This document shows positions 46,644-61,230 of a stretch of DNA of 64,000 bases, in pieces. Below the pieces are notes generated by a model that ran no database searches, had not been told where the DNA came from, and saw only the letters and a list, made by a program, of their open reading frames with translations. A program made the translations under genes and the position numbers. Position 1 is the stretch's first letter. The number at the start of each line of letters is the position of its first letter. Source of the DNA: Basidiobolus meristosporus CBS 931.73 (lineage: Eukaryota > Fungi > Basidiobolomycota); NCBI GenBank assembly GCA_002104905.1, contig MCFE01000115.1:1-64000 (forward strand), in the 5' to 3' direction.

Positions 46644-49170
46644 CTAAGTAAGGAGGGTTTCTCAACATTCAGAGGCATTCTGTAACAGCTTCAGGGTTAG
46701 TACATCATGATTGGTAAAAAGTGTTAATTTGATCTTGACTCTAGGGGAATAATCATAGAATCATAGATATGCAGAAAGTGGCACGTTGGGGCAGTAGGTT
46801 GCTGATATAGTGACCAAGACTAGTCTTGAATTATTAAGTAAATTTTTAGCTGCTTAATGATACCAGATAGTCCAGTATTTCAACACTCCCCCTGAACTAA
46901 ATAATTTCTTAATCCTAATTCCTCTCTGAGATTCTCAAGTTGTGGTATAGCTAGCAGTTTTGTCAATATATTTGCCACCATCTTGTCAGTAAGACAGTAA
47001 ACTAACTCTACTAAGTTATTTTCTTCAGCTTCCCTCACAAATTGGTGTTGTATATCTATGTGCTTAGTTGTGGCAAGATTAGTATGATTCCTGGCTAATG
47101 AAATACTACTTAGATTATCCTTGCAAATATATGTTGGTTCATCTGAACTAAAACCTAGTCTTTGAATGATTCTTGTAGCCATAGAGTCCCCTTAGTTGCA
47201 TGACAAGCAGCCATCTATTCAGCTTCAGCTGTAGATAGGGCCATAGTTGGTTGTTTCTTGCAAATCCAATTAATAGCTGCACCAGCATAAGTAAATACAC
47301 ATCCAGTGGTAGAGCATATGTAAGTCAGATTTGTATCCCAATCTGAAGCACCATAACCATTAAGTTTCTCCCTATCAGCTGCTCCAGAGTATTCCAGATT
47401 CATATTTATAGATCCTTATAGATATCTGAAAATCTGCCTAACTGCTGTAATTTGATCTGATCCATAATTCTGCATGAATTGACTGACTTTTTGAGCTGCC
47501 ACTGCAATACTGGGACATGCAGACACCATCAATCACATGCAGCTACCACCATTGATTGATAGGGAAAGTTTTGTTCCATATTTGATCCATTTCACCTAAA
47601 ACTAGCTGAGAATTGCTCAATTTTTTATTGATGTCCATAGTGCAGCTGCAGTTTTGCAATTTTCCATTTTGAAGCATCTAAGAATTTTCCTTATTTACTT
47701 AGACTGACTCAGCACAATTTTCCGCATAGGTATGTCAATCTTGACTTGAATTCCAATAAAAAAACTCAATTTTCCAGGATCTTTCATTTCAAACTTGCTA
47801 AAGAGATCTGATTTGGTCTGTTTGAGTGCCTCCTGGTCAATTGTAGCAACTATTAGGTCATCCACATAAAGGACTAGGATGAGCACACCCTTTTTGAGCT
47901 GCTTCACATATCTAATGTGATCTGCAGTGCTACAAATGAACCCAAACTCCTCTGGATGTATCAATCTTGTTATGATATGCTCTAGGTGCCTGCTTAAGCA
48001 ATAAAACAATTACCTAAATCTGCACACTGTATGGGGGCCTTTGGATAGATAAAATCCTCTGGTTGCTCCTTCTATATAGTTTCTTTCAAATGACTATTTA
48101 AAAGACTGCTTTGACATCCATATGGTGTAGAACTAGGCTGTGTAGAGCTGCCAGGGCTACAAGCTGAACTTGGCAACCAGAGCTTCCAATATGATTCTTG
48201 CTTTCAGGGGAAATTGCTATGGCATGTACATCTGTAAGGCTCCTGAATCAATCAGGATCCTGGCAGGTACAACATTAATGACTTCATTCAAGTACAATGG
48301 CTCTGCTGAGTTTGAGGTTATTTTGGATGAGTATTCTTCTGACAAAAGGAATATTAGTCCTGAGTCTTCATTAGGTTTATCCTCCTTATCTTTATGTTCT
48401 TGCATTTTAACATGGTTGAAGGTTCTTACTGACTGGTGTTCATCTCTTTTTCCAGGGCAGTACTTTGAGATGTTTTCCCCATGCTGTTAGCAATTCAGAC
48501 AGTCCTTTTGTCTTGCTTTCTTCAAGCAGGGATTCTTCTGCATTGTGTCTATTTCCGTTGGCACTGCTTCTGATTTTCTTGTTTCATGGTGAATGTAGCT
48601 TCACTGATTAATCTCTGTAGGCTTTCCCACTCAAAACTTAGCAGAGTCTTGATTAATAGCAACCTTGATGATAGTATGAGGATCTGATAATCCACTTCCA
48701 CACAAGTTCTTTGTTTAAGCCTTCAATAAAGTATTTAACTTGATTAAGGGATACACTCTCTCAATCTGTGCAAGGAGACATCTGTACTCATGGATGCATT
48801 CTTGAACCATTCCTTTCTGTCGGAACTTCTTCAACTTCCACCTTTGTAGTGGCTGCTGGTGTGGAGGCTCAAAAGCATCCTAGATTTCCAACACATACTC
48901 ATCTCTGGCACAGATAGTAGTACATCCTATCATATCAGCTGACCAGAACTTGATGTGGTTCAAATTTAAGGCTGTAACTGTCTAACAAGTGGCTGCATAA
49001 TGCTATTTGCTTTCTAGGGCAATTTCCATGTAGCTTCTTCAATGTGAAAGAGCCAAGTGCCTAGGCTTACATTGACTCTACCATGATACTGGTTGTCCTT
49101 TACACTACATTTTCTCTTGACAAAGACTTACTGCTTCTAGGCCATGGTTTTTTTCCTTGTTGCTGCTGAC
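46644..49170 (-). mobile_element. Ty1/Copia family 2, internally deleted copy with 3' LTR remnant (46644-46885)
   Basis: Gag remnants; LILVLYVDDLIV; MALSTAEAE; TKHIDIQHQFVREA; PPT GGGGGAG before TGTTGAAATA. Confidence 0.85.
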
Positions 49171-49189
49171 TGGTGATATAGAGTTACTG

Positions 49190-49972
49190 TTACTGCTGGG
49201 CCAGGATGTGCTGCATAACATACTTCCATTCTTGATTTTCTGACATCTTGAGGGGGGCTCCTTGACTCTTCAGAAGGGACATTTCTGGTTGCCTATGATA
49301 AATCTCAGACTTGGAATTCATCTGATTTTCAGTTAATATTCTGACGGTATTCAGCTGGTGTTTTTGGTTCAAAATTCAAATGCCATTTTTGATGGAAGTA
49401 ATGGGCACCTAATTACCAAACTTGGGATGGATGCTAGTTGGCATAGTCTCCTCCTGGAGAGTTTGTTTGCTTGCCTGCTCATAAGCTAACAACAGAAATA
49501 TGAGGAGTAGTTGATTTTGATAAACTTGGAATTCAGCTGATATTATGATGGTATTCTACTGGCCTTTTCTTAGTTTTTTTGTCAGGGGTTGTTGCTGCTA
49601 CTGATTTTGCAAGTCTTAGTATAAACATTGTAGAGGAATGGTAGGTTAGCAGGTACTGCACTCACTAATACTTTAACTGATCTCCATTGAGGCTCTAGCA
49701 TCTCTTATATAGGGTTTACCGGATCAATTGCCCACTAATTGTATTGCCCAGTGTATGTTGTAGCTGATTACTCATTTTATTGCATCATCATCACCCAAGT
49801 AGATCTTAATTAATATATCTATTTCCATCTGATAAGGAACTGCTGACATATATGCTGAGCAATACTACTGATTAGGTTGATAATATTGATATTCTGATAG
49901 GCAAAACATACAACTATTTGATTTGACTAATAAACCAATCCAACTTTGACATTCAAGCATTAATTTATAACA
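49190..49972 (-). mobile_element. Gypsy family G2 5' LTR (about 49605-49972) with PBS-like sequence and gag start
   Basis: The reverse complement aligns with the LTR at 52839-53207 and is followed by TCAGTAGCAGC. Confidence 0.65.
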
Positions 49973-50968
49973 GTCTCAAATACAAATGTGTCTTCAACTC
50001 ACATTAGTGTTGACAAAAAAGTGCTATAATAGGATTATGTGCTAACCATGAAGCTGTGTGCCCCATGGATAAGACTACTTCAAATCATGATTTGAGCAAA
50101 ACTGATACAACTTCAACACTCAAGCAGTAGACCATAACACATTCTCCCCCAATCCACAAGTAATTGCATAAAAATACACTGCTCCATGAGTGTTTCTGCT
50201 GTAACCCCCTTTTTCCATGATTTTGGTGGAATCCTATGACTTTATGCCATTCTTTATTCACTGATTCCCATATGTGTTGGTCTTCAGCAGGCACTGCAAC
50301 ATCTAGCACCTTATATACCAGTCTCTTCACATGTGTTAGCAGTGGTAGAAAAATTACCTTACTCTGTAGCCTCATCTACCTCACTGGAGCTGATTCAGCT
50401 GATTGTGCATCCAACTTCTTGGAAAACAGCTATTGTCTTGTGATAAACTCTTCTTAGATATTATGGGACTCAGCCAGCTCAGGTCTGATAGCATTAGTTG
50501 GTGTGTACTGCAGCATTTTCTCATGCTTCCACTTTGCTGACTTGCTTAGAATTTTTTCCATTTACCTTTGCACTTATCACTGCCCAGTTGTACACATCTA
50601 CTTTAAATGAGAGCTTCTTGTATTGTCTTTCTATTTATCCTTGATAACTGCTACACTGATGCATCTATTTTGCAAGTTTATTCCTCAAAGATACTCCACT
50701 GACAACCTGATGATTCTTTATTGCTTGCTTCTGGCTATTAGTTATCCCTGTGGCAGGCTCCTGAGATAATCATAGGTTTTTTTGCTGTAAAAATATATAA
50801 TGCCACCAAAATATTAACCTAATGTAGTCACTTAAATCATTGCCTTCATATCTCAGAAAATATTGCCTGCTTGCCACTTACCTGCGCTCTTCTGGCTCCC
50901 TGATACTTCTTTGCTACATGTTTGGGGCTCTCAGCCCTGCTTGTGCTGAGCTTTTTGGGGGGGGTCAC

Positions 50969-51337
50969 TGTTGCAATTTAAGAAGTGACTTGGATACAAG
51001 GAACTTATCAAGAAATAGTGATAATAGTTGAACTGTTGTTTATTAATAGAGAAGCTCAGTATTTATACCTTTGTAGAAGTAATATAGCTGTAACACTAAG
51101 TAAGGAGGGTTTCTCAATATTCAGGAGCATTCTGTAACAGTTTCAGGGTTAGTACATAATAGTTAGCATCAGTGCTAATTTGATCCTGACTATAGGGGAA
51201 TAACCATAAGATCATAGATCTGAAGAAAGTGGCAAAGTTAGAGCTGTAGGTTAGTCCCACAGTGACCAAGACTAGTCCAGAGCTGTTAAGTAAATTTTTA
51301 GCTGCAGATTGATAACAAATAGTCCAATATTGCAACA
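50969..51337 (-). mobile_element. 369-bp LTR of Copia family 2
   Basis: 9-bp terminal inverted repeat TGTTGCAAT...ATTGCAACA; homologous to 46644-46885; no matching TSD. Confidence 0.8.
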
Positions 51338-53207
51338 GAGATGCTACATAGAAGGGGTCAAATGCATTGTAAAGACTGACCATGCCTCCCTCAAGTATAT
51401 ATTTACTCAGAAAATACTCTCTAGAAGAATGACAAGATGGAGTGAATATATTTGGCAATTTAACTTGGAGATTGTCTACTGCCCTGGAAAACACAACATG
51501 GTTGCTGACGCCTTATCAAGATTAGATAAAGTTGCACAACTCAACTTGTTGCATGAATCAGATTGGCCTAGCCTATTACCAAATTCCTTGGAGGACCAAG
51601 CCATTCCTGATGAGATGGATGAAGATATCAAGAAGATAATCTGGGATGAAGCCAGCAAATTTGTAGTAAAGGATGGAACACTCTACCAAATTGTTGATTG
51701 AAGCCCTATTACTTATTGCCCTTATGTTTCTTGTCTAAATTTAACACATAAGCTACAAAATGGATATGGACATCTTGGAATTGAAGGAACCTATAGCCTT
51801 GTGAAAGCCAGAGCATGGTGGCCCAGAATGAAACATGACATTGCAAAGCTAGTGAAAACATGCCCACACTGCTAAATCAACCAAGGCCAACCACAGAAAA
51901 TTGCTGAACTCTTTGCCTTGGAGCCTGTAAGACCATCCAAAAGATGGGAAATGACTTTATTTGAAGACTGCTAACTACCAGGAAATGCAACTGTTGGATT
52001 CTAGTAGCAATTGACCATGCTACTAAATGGTCAGTGGCTAAAGCTGTACCTATAGCCAGTGAACAAGAAGTTGCAAGCTTCATCTACCATGAGATCCTTA
52101 TGAAATTTGGATGCCCTGTAGAGATTCTGTCTGATAGAGGTGCAAACTTTATGGCAAAGACATTGAAAGCTTACCTGGAAATGCAGCAGATCAAACACTT
52201 GAAAACCTCAGCATATCACCCCAGAGCTAATGGAGTCACTGAATGGTTTAATGGAATATTTGGAAAAATGCTGACTAAGTATGCAAATGGAGTTGTCAGT
52301 AGATGGGATCAGTATGTAGACCAAGCACTCTTTGCATGCAGAGTCACAGTACACAACACCACCCAGCAATCACCATTTTGCTTTGTGTATGGATGTGAAC
52401 CAAGGATTCCAGGAGATCTCACACAACTTAAGCATACAGATACCTTAGAAGATGAGCTCAGTCAGCCAAGTAGACACCAGCAACTGGAACAAAGACCTCA
52501 AGAGGCACAGACCAAAGTTTCTCAAAGTGCAGAAAAGATGAAGCAGAGATTTGATAAAACTATAGCACCAGAAGCATTGACAGTTGGGAACTCTGTATTG
52601 CTAAGAAACAACACTTGGAAGAAGTTTGAGCCACAATAGACAGAACCATTCAAGATCATCAGAGAATGTCCATTTGCAACTTATCAACTGGTGGACAAAC
52701 AAGGCAATATCTGGGAAGACTTAGTGCATAGGGACAGACTCAAGCTTGCAAGACTTGCTGATAATACTGAACCATTACAATATTGGTATCACAAGAAAAG
52801 GAATTCAAGAGAGCCCTCTCAACTTTAGCAGGGGAGAATGTTATGATCTGCTGCTTGAATGTTTAAGTTAGATCAGTTTTTAGTCAAATCAATTAGCTAT
52901 ATGTTTAGTGTATCAGTAAATCAGTATTATCCATCAAATCAGTAGCATTAGTCAGCAAATGAATCAGCAGATCCTTCTCAGACAGAAATAGATATATTTG
53001 GTAGGATCTTATTGGGTGATGATGATGCAATCAAATGAGTCATCAGCCACAGCCTACATTAGGAAATATAATTAGTCAGCAATTGATCTGGCAAAATGTA
53101 TATAATGAGCTGCAGGAATCTCAATAAACATCAGTTTAAGTTTAAGTGAATACAATACTAGCTAAACTCCCTATTCCTCTGCAACTCTTATACCAAGACT
53201 TGCAACA
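51338..53207 (+). mobile_element. Ty3/Gypsy G2 3' half: RNase H, integrase, PPT and 3' LTR (52839-53207)
   Basis: KTDHASL; RWSEYIWQF...PGKHNMVADALSR; ILSDRGANF; SAYHPRANG; PPT AGCAGGGGAGAA; LTR TGTTAT...GCAACA. Confidence 0.9.
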
Positions 53208-53379
53208 TTATTTCCAATCTGTGATTCTTTGCCTACTCCCCTTCAGTCAAGATCAAATCAACTTTTAGGAAAAATTATGTTTAAGCCCTTAAACTGTTCC
53301 AGAATGCTCCTGACTTTTGGAAAACTCTGCTACCTTAGTGTTACTGTTGTTGTATGTTTAAACAGGTATGTATACTAAG

Positions 53380-54190
53380 CTTTTGGTGAGCAAACCGCAG
53401 ATGAACTGTTATAACTATTGTTGATAAGCTCCACCACCATATGAGGAGAGCATCTTTCACACTCTGCACATATTCAAGCAATTTCCTGTCAAATGAAGCT
53501 TATGCAGTCTAGCAAGCATTGTCAAGCTAAAAAGTACAGAATTCCACAGCAGTCAAGTGCAAACATTGCCACAATATTCATTGGCAAACATTGCAAACAA
53601 CTACAAAGCAAGCTCTACTTTGTAGTTATATATGACCATGCCTTTGCCTTGGCACTTGATGGCTTCTCACTGAGTAGGTAAACTGCCAGCAAACTCTGCT
53701 GGCAACTGACTCCATTTAGCCAGAATCTGCCACTAATCTCATTGTATCAGAGCAGATATCTGATGATAGTCTCACTGCTGACTGAGTCTAAACTGTTGTA
53801 AAAATTTGCAATTCTCCCTGATTATTCACCTAGCTTAGTCACTTGATCATTACCTTCAAATCCTAGAGAATACTGGTCAAATTCCCTGTCAGGATATACC
53901 TACAATATTTTCACCACAATACCAGGTACCCAGACATGAAATTCTCAAAGTTGTCCAAACAGTCCCAAAGTTTGCACACATGCTTTGGGACCTTTTTTAA
54001 CCTATTCTATGTGTTTGTTATGGCAAGGCCATGTAAAAGTATAAATAATACTTTTACATTCAATAAATCATTAAGTGAAAACCATATAATCTACTTGTCC
54101 TCCCAATCATTTCCAATATCTCCAAGACTCTTACATCATAAACTACCATCAAACCTGGCTAGCTACCTGATTCCACTGCTAGAATAGTTT
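53380..54190 (+). pseudogene. CACTA/EnSpm (Tnp2-like) transposase remnant split by a solo LTR
   Basis: HAFALALDGF...CWQL...NLP...SKLPSNLASYLIPLL, homologous to 57164-57703. Confidence 0.75.
53794..54138 (+). mobile_element. Solo LTR of Copia family 1
   Basis: Aligns with the copy B LTRs; perfect 5-bp TSD TAAAC on both sides. Confidence 0.93.
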
Positions 54191-56479
54191 CCTATGCCAT
54201 CCAGCAGAATACATGTAGCTCACTATTATGTCTAAGCACAAATGAGCCTGTTGTGATACTGGAGAAACTTGAAAGAATTGACAAGATATTAGAGAGTATC
54301 CACTGCCTATGCTGTTTCTCACAAGCTTCAAACATCTCATATGCATGTGCAACAATACAAATGCAAGGACTGGATTAACTGGGTATGTATTCAAGTAGCC
54401 ACAATGTTTGGGTAATTGGTTGAGTAAGGAAGATACCGTATGAAGAATTGTTGTGGTGATCTTATCAAGAAGACATTGCAAAATCAAAGCCCAATGACTC
54501 AAATGTATTAATGCCATTAGGAAACTGTGTAAAGACTCTGAAAGAAATTGCATCTCAGATTTCACAAAAAGCATTGTCAAAGCATCTCATCAAAGAAATA
54601 CATCAGTGACTTTTATAAGTTTTCTACCAGTTTTCTCACCTTCTGATTGTGGACACTCAATCACCTGTTATATCACTGTACATTCATTGTCTTCAGATAT
54701 CAGAGACTTATTAGAAGTGACTTGGCAAATTAAAACATTTATATAATAGTCATTTGTTTTGTATTGAATTGCTACATAGTATTTAAGCTGATTGCAGAAC
54801 CATGCAAATGCTAATATTCAGTTGCTAGCAGAGGATTCATAGGAGTAAATATACAGGAGTAAATATACAGAGTTTCAGGTCATTGAGACAATTTTCAAAA
54901 TTCCTTGATATTCTGTACTTGCAATCAGAGTAAATATTTTAAAGTGCTGGTTATATCCCATCATATCTCCCACCATAAGGTAGCTGCACTCTTAGGATTT
55001 CTGCTGCATTTTATTTGGGCATAATTGGTCTATAATTGGCAAAGTCAGAATGTAGCTTCTCTCTGGTATGGTGTCATATAAACTTTTGAGCTTAAACCAC
55101 CCTATGAAAAATAACTTGGTCCCACAGCCAAGTTAGATCTGGATCAGCCACCAAGATCCCATCAAGAGACTGCTATAATACCAGCAGCTTGGAATCAATG
55201 ATCATTATACACAATCTTATTATGGGATCATAATGGCATTTGGCTAATTTTAACTTCAAATAAAGCTAAAAAACATAACGGTGTTTGTATGGTGATTTAC
55301 CAAAGGTGGCAAGGTATTGTTGCAGCCTTGGGGCTCTCTATAACAATTTGAGTGGATCTAACCAGCTAGTACATCCAATTGCCTTATATGGCAAGAAACT
55401 TTACAGTGTTTTGACAGCCTTATTACAAGCCTCTGATGGCATTATTATGGCAGTATTATTATTGCAGTATGGGACCTACAGCTAGTTCTTTACAATGCTA
55501 ACATATAAATTTACCACATAATATTTCCTTTTTCCACCTCCCCTTGCACAGTGTATATATTCCACTGTATAATTACCCCTCTTTATTTGCTTACTCACTA
55601 CTACCTTGGGTATTTTGCATGCAGTTTGGATCAAGAAATACTATAGCCTCCTGCTTTCTAGCTTCTACAAATGCACACACTTGCCACAATTGATATACTT
55701 CTATCTCCTCATCTTTATGACTTTTTAGGGTGATACTTGCAAAGATGCTGTATGCCTTGTATTTCTAGTAACATATACATCTTGCAGACATATGCTTGGT
55801 TGCCACCACCTCTGCCATGAATACCTCTTGAATTTCCACAAAGAACTTTTTGGAATATTGCCAATTTATTCCTTCTCCATGCTAGATTCTAGTCCCCCTT
55901 ATAGGTGCACTCTGGCCCTTGTTTGAGTGAATTCAATATTGCATGGTGTAGAAACTGGCTTGTTACCAAGAGAAATCCAGCGTACCTTGGTAGAGTTTTT
56001 GTAATCATAATTATTTGCTTGTTACACTCATCCCAGCTTTGCATTAATTAACTAATTACCCATTCATTGGGGCTGCTTAGCTACTTAATGCCATAGGGAT
56101 AGGTGTCTCCATTTGCACATCTGTCCTCAGAATAGTCTAACTCTTCCTGGCTGTCCTCCATGTATCATCTCTTCACATCCATGACAGACTTGAAGGTAAT
56201 ATTATTGATGAGATTGGGATATGGTAGTACCAGCAACTTGACTTGTCTTCCTATCTCCCTGCACATCTGCTTCATAGGAAACACCCAAAATGTAAGGCAA
56301 GGTCCAATATTCTCCACCCACCAAGCAAGATAGAGTAGAAAGTGGATACAGTAGCAGCAGAGATCTACACATTCAGCTTTGTGCTTTTAGTATATGGCTC
56401 AACTGCATTCACAGACTCTTTGCTCAAAAGCTGATGATACATCAAGTTGGCATTGGTGATCCACTTCTGAATAAGTATT

Positions 56480-56832
56480 TATGATGATCTACAGCTTGAA
56501 TGTTTAAGTTAGATCCGTTGTAGTCAAATCAGTTAGTTTTATGTTTAGGCTACCAGTATATTATTGGCATTAGTCAGCAAATGATTTAGCAGATCCTTAT
56601 CTGACAGAAATAGATATAGTAAGTAGGATCTTATTGGGTGCTGATGATGATGCAATTAAATGAGTCATCAGCCACAACCTACATTAGGAAGTACAATTAG
56701 ACAGCAATTGATCCAGCAAAATGACTGTAAGGAGCTGATGGAACCTCAATAAAGATCAGTTCAAGGTTTTGTGAGTACAATGCCAGCTAAACTCCCTATT
56801 CCTCTTCAACTCTAATATCAGGACTTGTAACA
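56480..56832 (+). mobile_element. Solo LTR of Gypsy G2
   Basis: Aligns with 52839-53207; flanked by TATT/TATT (possible 4-bp TSD). Confidence 0.8.
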
Positions 56833-56839
56833 TATTCCT

Positions 56840-58100
56840 ACAATGTCCACATATGACTCCCAATGCTTCCAATGTACTCTTGGTAGAAATGGCTTCAAAG
56901 GCCATTTTAATAAATACATATACAGTTCATCCAATCTATGCACTTGTATTGCTGCATATACATATGAAGGTTCATTGGAGCCTGTGCAAAATACTTAGGA
57001 TAGCAGATACTTTGTAATATCTTGCCAATTCTCTCAAATTTTTCTGGTATCTCAAAAGGCTCATCTAGCTTAAATGCACCATGTACAATGTGGTCATCAA
57101 TATATGGATACTTTTGAAAAGCAAATGCATTGCTCCTAGTGGAAAGCTTTTGCTCCCACAATTTCACTCTATCTCAAGTATCTCTGGTTTGCTATTAATT
57201 CTGTATTCTGGCCAATGGCTTATAGCTTGCCAGCTTTGCTGCAATTGTATGTTGACTTTGGTATCTTCTTGTTGCAGAAATATGATGTTCTTAGTGTTGG
57301 TGTTTGGGTAATAATAATGTGTGTGTGTTATGGAGTAAGTCCCCTGGATCTCACACATTTGACTGCAATACAGTCCATTGTACTCAGAAAAGCCTGCTAT
57401 CTTGCTGATGACTGGGGTATCTTTGATGCAGATGACAATATGTGCTTTTAGATGACAGCCATTAACTGTTATCCTGATAGAAAGCATACAACATTTATCC
57501 AGCAATGGATACAGGTAGCTATTCAGGCTGGATGGTGATTTAGGCCTTGATAACAGTGATACAACTATCAAATTTTGGCTCTGATACCGTAAGATAGGTG
57601 GCAGATTCAGGTTAATGAGAATCAGTTGCCAGCAGGATTTGCTAGCAGAGCACTTGTTTAATGATAGTCCATCAAGTGCCAAGGCAAAGGCATGGTTATA
57701 CATACCTTAAAAGTAGCCCTTGCTTCTTAGCTGTTTGTAATGTTTGCCATCAGATAAATCTGATATATTTGCGCTTGATTATACTGAGTGCAGTATTCTA
57801 TAGCTTCAAAATATTTGTTGGACTGCATGAGCTTCTTTACACCGGGTATTACAAGAATATATCCAGAGTGTGAACAATGTTTCCCCCCAATGGTGGTGGA
57901 TTCCTGACAAGTTGGGCACCTTGTAATGGTGGCATTTCCAATGTGAGCACCAGGGAAATGTTAACACATGCTGGTGTCAGGATGGTCCCTGACCTATATG
58001 TTGCTGGCTGCATGACAATTTTTACCTATACCATGTGCATGGTAAGTTGCATCCCCAAATGATTCTAGAAAGTAGCAGTAGTAAATCCTTAAAGTCCCCA
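56840..58100 (-). pseudogene. CACTA/EnSpm (Tnp2-like) transposase remnant
   Basis: C..FPG......CPTCQE; ISDLSDGKHYKQL; ALALDG; NLPPILRY..QNL; PKSPSSLNSYLYPLLD; DTPVISKIAGF...C..CEIQG. Confidence 0.8.
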
Positions 58101-58899
58101 TTACTGATACTAGTGGAAATGCACTACTTCTCTAGCTACCACATCATATCATTCACAAGCAGATGGATTACCTAATTCACTTGGCTCCATAAAGTATCCT
58201 TAGCATTTTTTTCTACAGGTGTTGTCTCATTGCATAATGGGATTTTGCCAGGCTCATGCAGGGTACTGTTGTGAGGGAAGATAGGCTCACAATCCATCTG
58301 TGAGCCAGCTTCTTGAGAGCTATCACTTTGTGTGCCATATTCAGAAGGTTTGGGTGAGCCTAAGGTGTCATAAACACTCCTGACTCAGTTAGCACAAGGT
58401 GACAGGTATGGCTAGATGCCTTTATAGAAGTATCAAGTGGCTGGCAAGATTTGGTTAATACCATAGTGACTGGTGAATGGTCAAATATGACTTGTGTGGC
58501 AAAACACTGACTATGATCCTATTAATACTTGCTGTGCTGTCTGCATGCTCTATGGCTGAGAGGCTTGCTACAACAGCCACATGGTCTGTTTTCTCTTCTC
58601 TTACGGTGTTGCATCAAAGTAGTCTGGTCCATGGGGCAAACAGCATGACACTCAACAATGTAATGCTTTTATATCACTTTTTTATCAGTACTCAGGTTGG
58701 TACCAAGCACTCTTGCTTTAGCTGAAGTTTGACCAAGCTGTTTGTCTCTATTGGAGTAGCTACTAGTCTATAGCCTTCTAATTGGTACTACTTGAGCACT
58801 ACTTGGACAGACTTGGGGTTATAATCTGGGTGCCTCTGTCAATGGAGAGAATAATCTCTAAGTTGTAGCTGGGTTCTCTTATATATGACATCTTGAACT

Positions 58900-61230
58900 T
58901 CTAAGATAAGCTGCATATTAGTCCCTTCCAAAATTTCTTGGTAATTGGTGGCTATAAAGAGTTCATTCACATACAGAGCCATTTTCATGTATAACTGGCT
59001 GAGATTTGCTTAACTTGGGGTTATTGACCATAGGGGTAGCTGCAGGTTTGCAATAATCCAATTTTAAGCAGCTAAGAGTGTCTGTGATGTACCTAGACTG
59101 ATTCAGCACAATTCTCTGCGTAGGTATGTCAAACTTGACTTCAATTCCAAGAAAATAGCTCAATTTTCCAAGATCTTCCATCTTATACTCGCTGAAGAGA
59201 TCTGACTTGGCCTGTTTAGGTGCCTCTTGGTCACTTGTAGCTATAATTAGGTTGTCCACATAAAGAACTAGGATGATCACACCCCTCTTGAGCTGTTTCA
59301 CATACATACTGTGATCTGCAGTGCTATAAGAGAACCCAATTTCCTCTAGATATGTGTCAATCATGTTACACCATGCTCCAAGTGCCTGCATAACCCCATA
59401 CAATAATTTTCTAAGTTTGCACACCTTATGGGGGTCTTTTGGATTGGTAAAACCTTCTGGTTGCTCCATATATATAGTTTCTTGCAAATCCCCATTTAGA
59501 AAGGCTATTTTGACATCCATTTGGTGTAGATCTAGACTGTGTATAGTTGTCAGGTCTAGAACTGTCCTAATGGAGTTAAACTTGGTAACCAGAGCAAATG
59601 TTTCTTCAAAGTTTAGTCCCTGGATCTGGGAGTAGCCTTTAGCCACCAATCTAGCCTTATACTTATCAATGGCACCATTTGAGGTTATCTTGATCTTGTA
59701 CACCCATCTACATTCTATTGGCTTTGTCCCATTTGGTAAATGTACCAGTTCCCATGTTTTGCCCTGATCATTGATTAGTACTCCACCTGCATAGCTTGTT
59801 GCCACAAAGTAGCATCTGGACTTTGCATTGCCTGTTCCAGATTCTGAGGTTTGGCACATAAGGCAAGATAAGCTTCTTCACAATCATTGGACGTCTACCA
59901 CCAGGATCCAGAGGCCTTTCTTATTCTGGTAGATTTCCTAACTGGAATAATCTGCTCTGATCTGGAACTGGTAGAATTGTCATCTGTATCTGGCTGAATT
60001 AGGTATGTATCTGCTTCATTGGTGTTAATTGCATTATCAAATAGCTGGTCAATGATTTCAGTGGCTTTGCAATCTGAATTCTCCTCAAATACAATGTCCC
60101 TGCTCTTGATCAACATATGAATTTTGCCATTGTACACTTTATACCCTTTAGTATCTTCACAATACCCAAGAAAGATCCCTTTCCTACTCTTTGGTTCCAA
60201 CTTTGAGTGTTTTTTATCAGGGATGTGATAAAAAACATCACTGCCAAAGATCTTGAGGTGCTGGAGATCTGGTTTTTTGCCTGTATATGTTTCAAAGGGT
60301 GTAGAATCACATAGTGTTGTTGTTGGGCATGTGTTCATGATGTAAAATACGGTAGCAACAGATTCAGCCCAAAACCTGCGGTCCATTCCCTTATTATGTA
60401 GCATAGATCTTCCCATCTCTACTATTGTTTTATTTGCACGTTCTGCTACTCCATTTTGCTGTGGAGTATGAGGAACTGTGGTCAGATGAAGTATAACAGT
60501 AAATGAGCAGTATTTTGCCAACTCCTTTGAACAGCATTCTCCTCCGTTGTCACTTTGTAGTACCTTCAATTTACATCCAGTTTGTGTTTCTGCCATGTTC
60601 TTGAAGTGCTTAAACGTCTCTAAAGCGTTATCCTTTCTTCTGAGGAAGTACACCCATGTATATCTTGTTTTGTCTTCAATAAACATCATAAAGAATCCCT
60701 TGGCTCCAAAGGACAGTGTTCTCATGGGGCCACATATGCCTGAGTGTACAATAGCCAATATTCCGGTGACACTGATGCATTTTGTGCTCTTGAAACATTG
60801 CCTAGCTTGTTTGCCATATCAACATCCCTTACAAACATTCAATTTGACTAGAATTGAGTATTTTAGGCCCAAAACAAGTTGATTTTTCACCAATTGGCTC
60901 ATTTTCTGCTCCCCAATGTGTCCTAGCCTCCTATGCCATGTCTCCCAGTTAGTTTCATCAGTTTCAGCAATCTTGACATACTCAGGTACAAGGATTGTGC
61001 ATTGTAACTTGTTAATACTGTGATCTCCAATTCCCAAAGCTTATTTTGTCCATTTTCCCTCCATATTGAGCAGCTCATATTGGTGAAAACAAATTTCAGT
61101 CACTGAGCAGTTGCTTTACTGACTGAGAGTAGGTTCTTAGCTATTCCAGGTACATGGAGTATGTCAGTCAGTTTTGCTGTTGTTGCCCCTGAGCTATTGC
61201 TCATGTTTAGTTGTATAGACCCACTGGTGG
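58900..61230 (-). mobile_element. Ty1/Copia family 2, second internal fragment (protease, integrase, RT)
   Basis: WHRRLGHIG; SDNGGEC; PQQNGVAERAN; [11 protein letters not shown]; HQMDVKIAFLNG; LYVDNL. DNA-level homology to 47-48 kb. Confidence 0.9.
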
